DNA of 64,000 nt from Selaginella moellendorffii (taxonomy: Eukaryota; Plantae; Lycopodiophyta). Both the position numbers and the translations under genes were made by a program. The first letter of the stretch is position 1. Every line of letters starts with the position of its first letter. The notes below the pieces were generated by a model that worked only from the letters and a program-made list of their open reading frames with translations, was not told the DNA's origin and made no database searches. Where the stretch lies: the NCBI RefSeq assembly GCF_000143415.4, contig NW_003314351.1, positions 504,964 to 568,963 on the forward strand, written 5' to 3'. This document shows, piece by piece, positions 59,238 to 64,000 of the stretch.

Positions 59238-61199
59238 ATCAAGTGGTTAAGAGTCTCTACTTCAATGCATGTAGATTATAATGGTCTTATGAGTGGTATG
59301 CCATGGAATGCATAGCACTACACCATTTTATTTAGGTTAGTTATGGAAAGGCTTGGGTTACAATGTTTGATTTGGTCTTGATTGCTTTGTGCCTTGGTGG
59401 AGGATAGTGAAGTTTAGCTTAGTTATTTAATGTTGAGGTGTTAGCACCCTTATTGTAGCCTCTTCCAATAAAGGTTATATCCATATATGACTCCATAATC
59501 CTCATCTTACTTTTAGTTGGGTGTCAATATTTTATAACTAGCAATGAGTTCTTTAGTGATTCTTAGAGGTATTAGCTTGACATTGAGGGCTTTGCTGTAT
59601 TATTATATTTGTAGTTATTTATTTCATACTAATCTATATTCCAATATATTATTAATTGGAGTGTTACCTTTCCATTAAACAAATATGTGGCTCAATTATG
59701 TGATTTTGATGTTTGGGTATTATGAAGGCAGTGGTTGTTATTTTCTTGCAGCTAATGCTCACCAGAAATATAATGAAAAACTATTGTTGAAGACCAGGAT
59801 AAAAATTCATGAAGCCAAGATTGTGCCACAATAGGTGGTGAACCTGGGGTACTAACTGGTTATTTCTTTAATATACAAGAAAGAGATATCATACCATTCA
59901 TCTGACTGTATTTGATTAGTGTGTATATTTTGACCAAAACCAAGACCTAATCTAAATTTTAAGAATCCTAGAAGTAAAGGGCTGATTTCAGAAAGAATGA
60001 TATGCTACTGCCTCTTGTAGAGCTGGAAATTGAAATGGAGGGTATTCTAGCAATTGCTAAATCAAGAAAATGCCCTAGCTCATCTCCATCCTCAGCCTAG
60101 GCCAAAAGGAAACATAGGAAGCAATCCACTGGCCATGGCTACCAAGGCCACAACTGCACAGCCAAGACATATATGGATATGATTATGTAAATAGTTGGCA
60201 CATAGAGGGCAAGGTTATTATAAAAGACTTTGTGGCTTTCTGGTGACTGGTGTTTGGCTCTGACCATTCTTGGGTTTTGCTAACATTCCAAGAGTTGTGG
60301 CAAAAAGAAACTTTACATGCTAAAAAATATGAGATGTAATGTCTCATGAATTCATATTTACTAGCAAGGAATCCAGCTGTGCTGGACCAAATAAAATACA
60401 TATGTAATGGATGTTTTGTTGGGATAGGATCTTGTATATCTATATAAATGTTCATTTACATAGATTAAAGCAAGAACAGAAATTATATATAGATAAATAT
60501 ATATGTAGACCAAGTAATGGAGCCAAATGATTATATGTCTAGAGGTTGGTTGAATTTTTTATATTCCTCTCATGGAGACCAAATATCTAATGCAGTTTTT
60601 GGCCCCATGAAAAATATAGACATATACCTTCTTCTAACTTCCCATCAATGTGTGATAATCTTAAGAGTGATGATAAACTTTCACTGGAACTCTCTCATTT
60701 GTCAAGAATTTACTCTTCTCTAAATAAAAAAATTTTATACTATAATTGTTTATCAACATATCAACCATGTTAGAAGTTCAGTAATTCTTACAATCTATAC
60801 TCAATTTCTATCAATTGTTATATGAGAATCAAAAGTGTCCTTTTGTCATCTAAGAGCTACCAGCCCCTTTACCTTGCCATATCATCACAAGTCCCAACTA
60901 GAAGTTGGATCATAAACAACAATATAGTAATATTGGTCTCATTGTCTTATTTTGCAAAAACTAGCCCCTTGATATGAATAGCCTACCAAAGTGAGGATGA
61001 CTCTTTCTTGACTAGTGGTTCTTTTCTTTTAAACTCAGTAGAGGAAGTTTTTATTATGATCTGGCACAAAAAGACAGAGATCTAGCCACCTTAGACTATG
61101 CTACGCCACCTCTTGAAGTTCCTCACCATCCAACCACCCCCAAGCTACCTCAAAAGCTCCACTACACCACCGCTACACTATGAGCCTTAGGGTAGGTTA

Positions 61200-61632
61200 A
61201 GTCCTTTACCCTAACATGCCTTAATATACCCTTGAGCCTCCCTTTGATTGACATTGATCATGTGGTCAAAGTTGATGCCTAACAATTTTTCCCCTCAACA
61301 AAGTCCTTGTCCCAAGGACGAGTTATACTGGTGATCACCCTTTCTAGGGAACCTTGCTCAAGCTCCTGGTCCATCTTCCACAGCCGTATACATCAAGGAG
61401 GCATTGGGCCCGTCACTTCGAGATAGTACACCTTTCAATTAGCTAATATAAAATATCGGATGAATTTTCACCCCAGCCGGCAATTGCACCCGATAAGCCG
61501 CTTTACAAATACATTTTTACACCAGCATATTAATGGGAAATTTTATCACTCTTCCCTATCCGTAAAGGCACCAAGGTGTTCTGCCGCTCACTTGACAGAA
61601 AGATCACTTGCACGACAATGAGATCTCCCACC
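61200..61632 (-). mobile_element. Ty3/gypsy 3' remnant: integrase C-terminal fragment, PPT and start of an LTR
   Basis: The minus strand encodes AAYRVQLPAGVKIHPIFYIS*LK (gypsy integrase tail), then CCTTGGGACAAGG, PPT GAGGGGAAAAAT and TGTTAGG starting at 61284. Confidence 0.7.
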
Positions 61633-64000
61633 TGTAAGCGACTAATTTTTCCATTCTACTTCAGTCACTTAACCGAACCTCTGTCCACTTGGAGGAGTCT
61701 CATTCACAACCTCCATAAGTCCCAGTTAGGACTTAGGGCTTGCTAGCCCTGAGAATGGCATCCATGCCACTCCACCTTTGCACTTGGTCCAAGTGCTCCA
61801 CATGTCCAATCCCATGACCAGCACCCCAAGGTACCACCAACATATCAGCCCGTTACGCTAAGGCCATGCCCATTCACCCTGGGTCACACCGGTGGTTTAA
61901 CGCCACCAGCATTATAGTCCCGTCCCTCAAAGACTGGGCCATCTGTCCGTGAGTGATCATCCCAGATCTACTCCTTAGCATCCTTAGGATGCCCGCAGAC
62001 ATGGGGAATAGCCTTCCCCGACAACTCTTTTCCAGTCCCCACCAAGTCCCTTTTTGTCCATGGCCGTGTTTGCCAACACTGCCACTAGATCAAGGCTCGT
62101 AGGCCTGACCTCTAAGTCCCACTATCCTCTTCCCTTTCACCGTTTGGGACTTTGGGACCACATTTCGGAACACTGTGGCATTACACAAGCCTCATGGGTA
62201 CTCTCCCCACCTTTTGCCTTTAGGTGCTCTAGCCATGAGCTTAGAACGAGGTTCTGTTGAGCCACGTCAGGTATCCAAGTAGGTAGTGCCACCCACACTT
62301 GGACTGGGAGCATCGGCCAGTCGATCTCCCGGGGGAACTAGAGCCGGCTTTTGAACACTTCACCAAACTACCCCACTTGTTGGTCCGTGTTCACTCTAGT
62401 CATGGATTTCCTAGTGGGCAGCTCATCACCCAACACTAGGTACAGCCTTCTTGGGCCAAACTGGCCTTTCCTGGCCAAACTGGCTCCACTGCAGTCCTCC
62501 CCCTCACTATACTTTTGGAGCTCACCAAACCCCCTAGGGTCTGGGAGACGAATGCTTTGGGCTTTAACCCTCTCAGACTCGAACTCGGACTTGGACTCGG
62601 ACTCAGACTCGGACTCGGGCTCAGGCTCTGTCTCGGCCTCGGACTCGGTCTCTGTCACGGCCTCGGACTCGGTCTTGGCCTCGGCCTCGGCCTCGGTCTT
62701 GGTCTCGGTCTCGGTCCCGATCTCGGTCTCGGTCTCGGTCCCGGTCTCGACTTTGGACTCATCCTCGGGTCCATCTCGGACTCCATCTCGTCTTGACCAA
62801 GCCACACCATCTTAAACAGTTCAAATCAACATTTTGAACCAGGAACTTCATTCCTTAGCCAACCAAGGACCTTGTCCTTATTTGGCCATAAGATCACCTA
62901 GTGATCTCACCTTGGCACCTTAACAGAGTTGCCAAGAGGTACTTGGTCTTCTAGACCTTCAAGATGTTGACCATAACCCCGGGGGCATCCCCCACACTTA
63001 GCGGTGCACGCAAGCCAGCCCTTACGGCCAAGGGTTCATAGCAACTGAGATTAGGTGTCCCAATCTCACTCACCATGTCCCAAGTGCCACTTGCACCAAA
63101 GCGTTCAAGTTAGATATGACAAGCTTTCACACTAAGCAATCTAACCGTGCATCATGACTCCGAGGCATCCCTCGCTTGGTAGTATGCCCAAACCAGTCTC
63201 CCTATTGAGAGTCCATGATCACCGAAATATGAGTGTCCTCATATTCCAAACCATCACCACTCTCTAGTGATTTGGGACTCAAACCCAAGCACTAGAGGGT
63301 CGGGACTTGAACCCTACCTCCGTATATGCATCTACGGACGGCATCACACAAGATTCCTAGCATGACTCCCCACGCCAGTGCACCAACTTGTATTTAAAGC
63401 GCACTACAGATCACATTTTAGAAACCTAGTTCCTTCGCACTGCCAAATCCTCTCACTTGACAAGCCTGTGATCATGCATGGACTCCTCCATACTCGGCCC
63501 CATGGGCCACCCCTTTGAAGCTGGCTCCTTCAACTAGGGTATTCGTTCCCCTCATGACTTGCCAATCTCACTTAGCAAGTCATCCGGCCACCATAACATG
63601 GTTCATGCATAAGCGTGAAAGTCCTTAACCATCGACTTTCGTTCAAAGCCCTCTCTTTGAACACTCGGGAACTACTTCCCTAACCTTGATAGCTTCGCCT
63701 CTCGGCAAACTTCAAGACCACGCTTCTGCTGCGCCACTTTGATTTCACGCACTCTATAAACCATTTACACTTGGACGTCTAGGTACTTATCTACCTAGGA
63801 GGAACGTTTAAGGAACTATATTCCTTAGCTTGCTAAGGTCTCTCCTTTCACAAGCTTTCCAATTGCCATATAGTCTAATATGGACAATCCCATGTTTTAG
63901 ACTCTCCATGGCATCCTAGTCGTTAGTAACAACATGCTTGAGCACCCACTTGATTCTCCACTCCCAACTTGCATAACCACCCTTGGTCATGTCTGTCAAT
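61633..64000 (-). mobile_element. Second family A element (3' LTR part 61633-62790 fused to internal region), running off the window
   Basis: LTR end TGTAAGCGACTAATTTT at 61633. 62791-64000 is the reverse-complement homolog of about 40540-41740. Confidence 0.9.

Noticed and set aside
59740-60720. Possible exons of a host gene
   Set aside because: Splice-like signals are present, but the pieces are short, contain stops and resemble nothing I recognise.

Overview
This is eukaryotic land-plant genomic DNA. Very short GT-AG introns (~43-60 bp), tightly packed genes and an IFT88 gene point to a compact-genome plant with flagellated sperm; a Selaginella-like lycophyte is my inference, not verified. 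About 1-13 kb is a dense gene block: an unknown acidic protein (5'-partial), fatty acid amide hydrolase, a non-specific lipid transfer protein, SDF2-like, purple acid phosphatase, IFT88 and a coiled-coil protein head-to-head with IFT88. About 13-17.5 kb holds decayed gene fragments (PPR-like, AOX-like). The rest is a nested transposon island. It includes a young non-coding LTR element (family A, 36832-44569, TSD GACAT) with many solo or partial LTRs, a gag-only Ty3/gypsy derivative (family D), older LTR family C remnants, and a full-length L1/Tx1-type LINE (45525-53349) inside a solo LTR. The most unusual object is a ~7.85-kb unit (27683-35907). It pairs a frameshifted Sola1-like DDE transposase gene with a divergent, intron-containing gene for a ParB/DGQHR-like protein. 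About 18 copies of a 22-bp palindrome (ATGGCRTGWGGCCWCAYGCCAT) are scattered through it, concentrated in introns and UTRs, which resembles a parS/ParB system on a plant transposon. All family assignments are from motif recognition; no searches were run.
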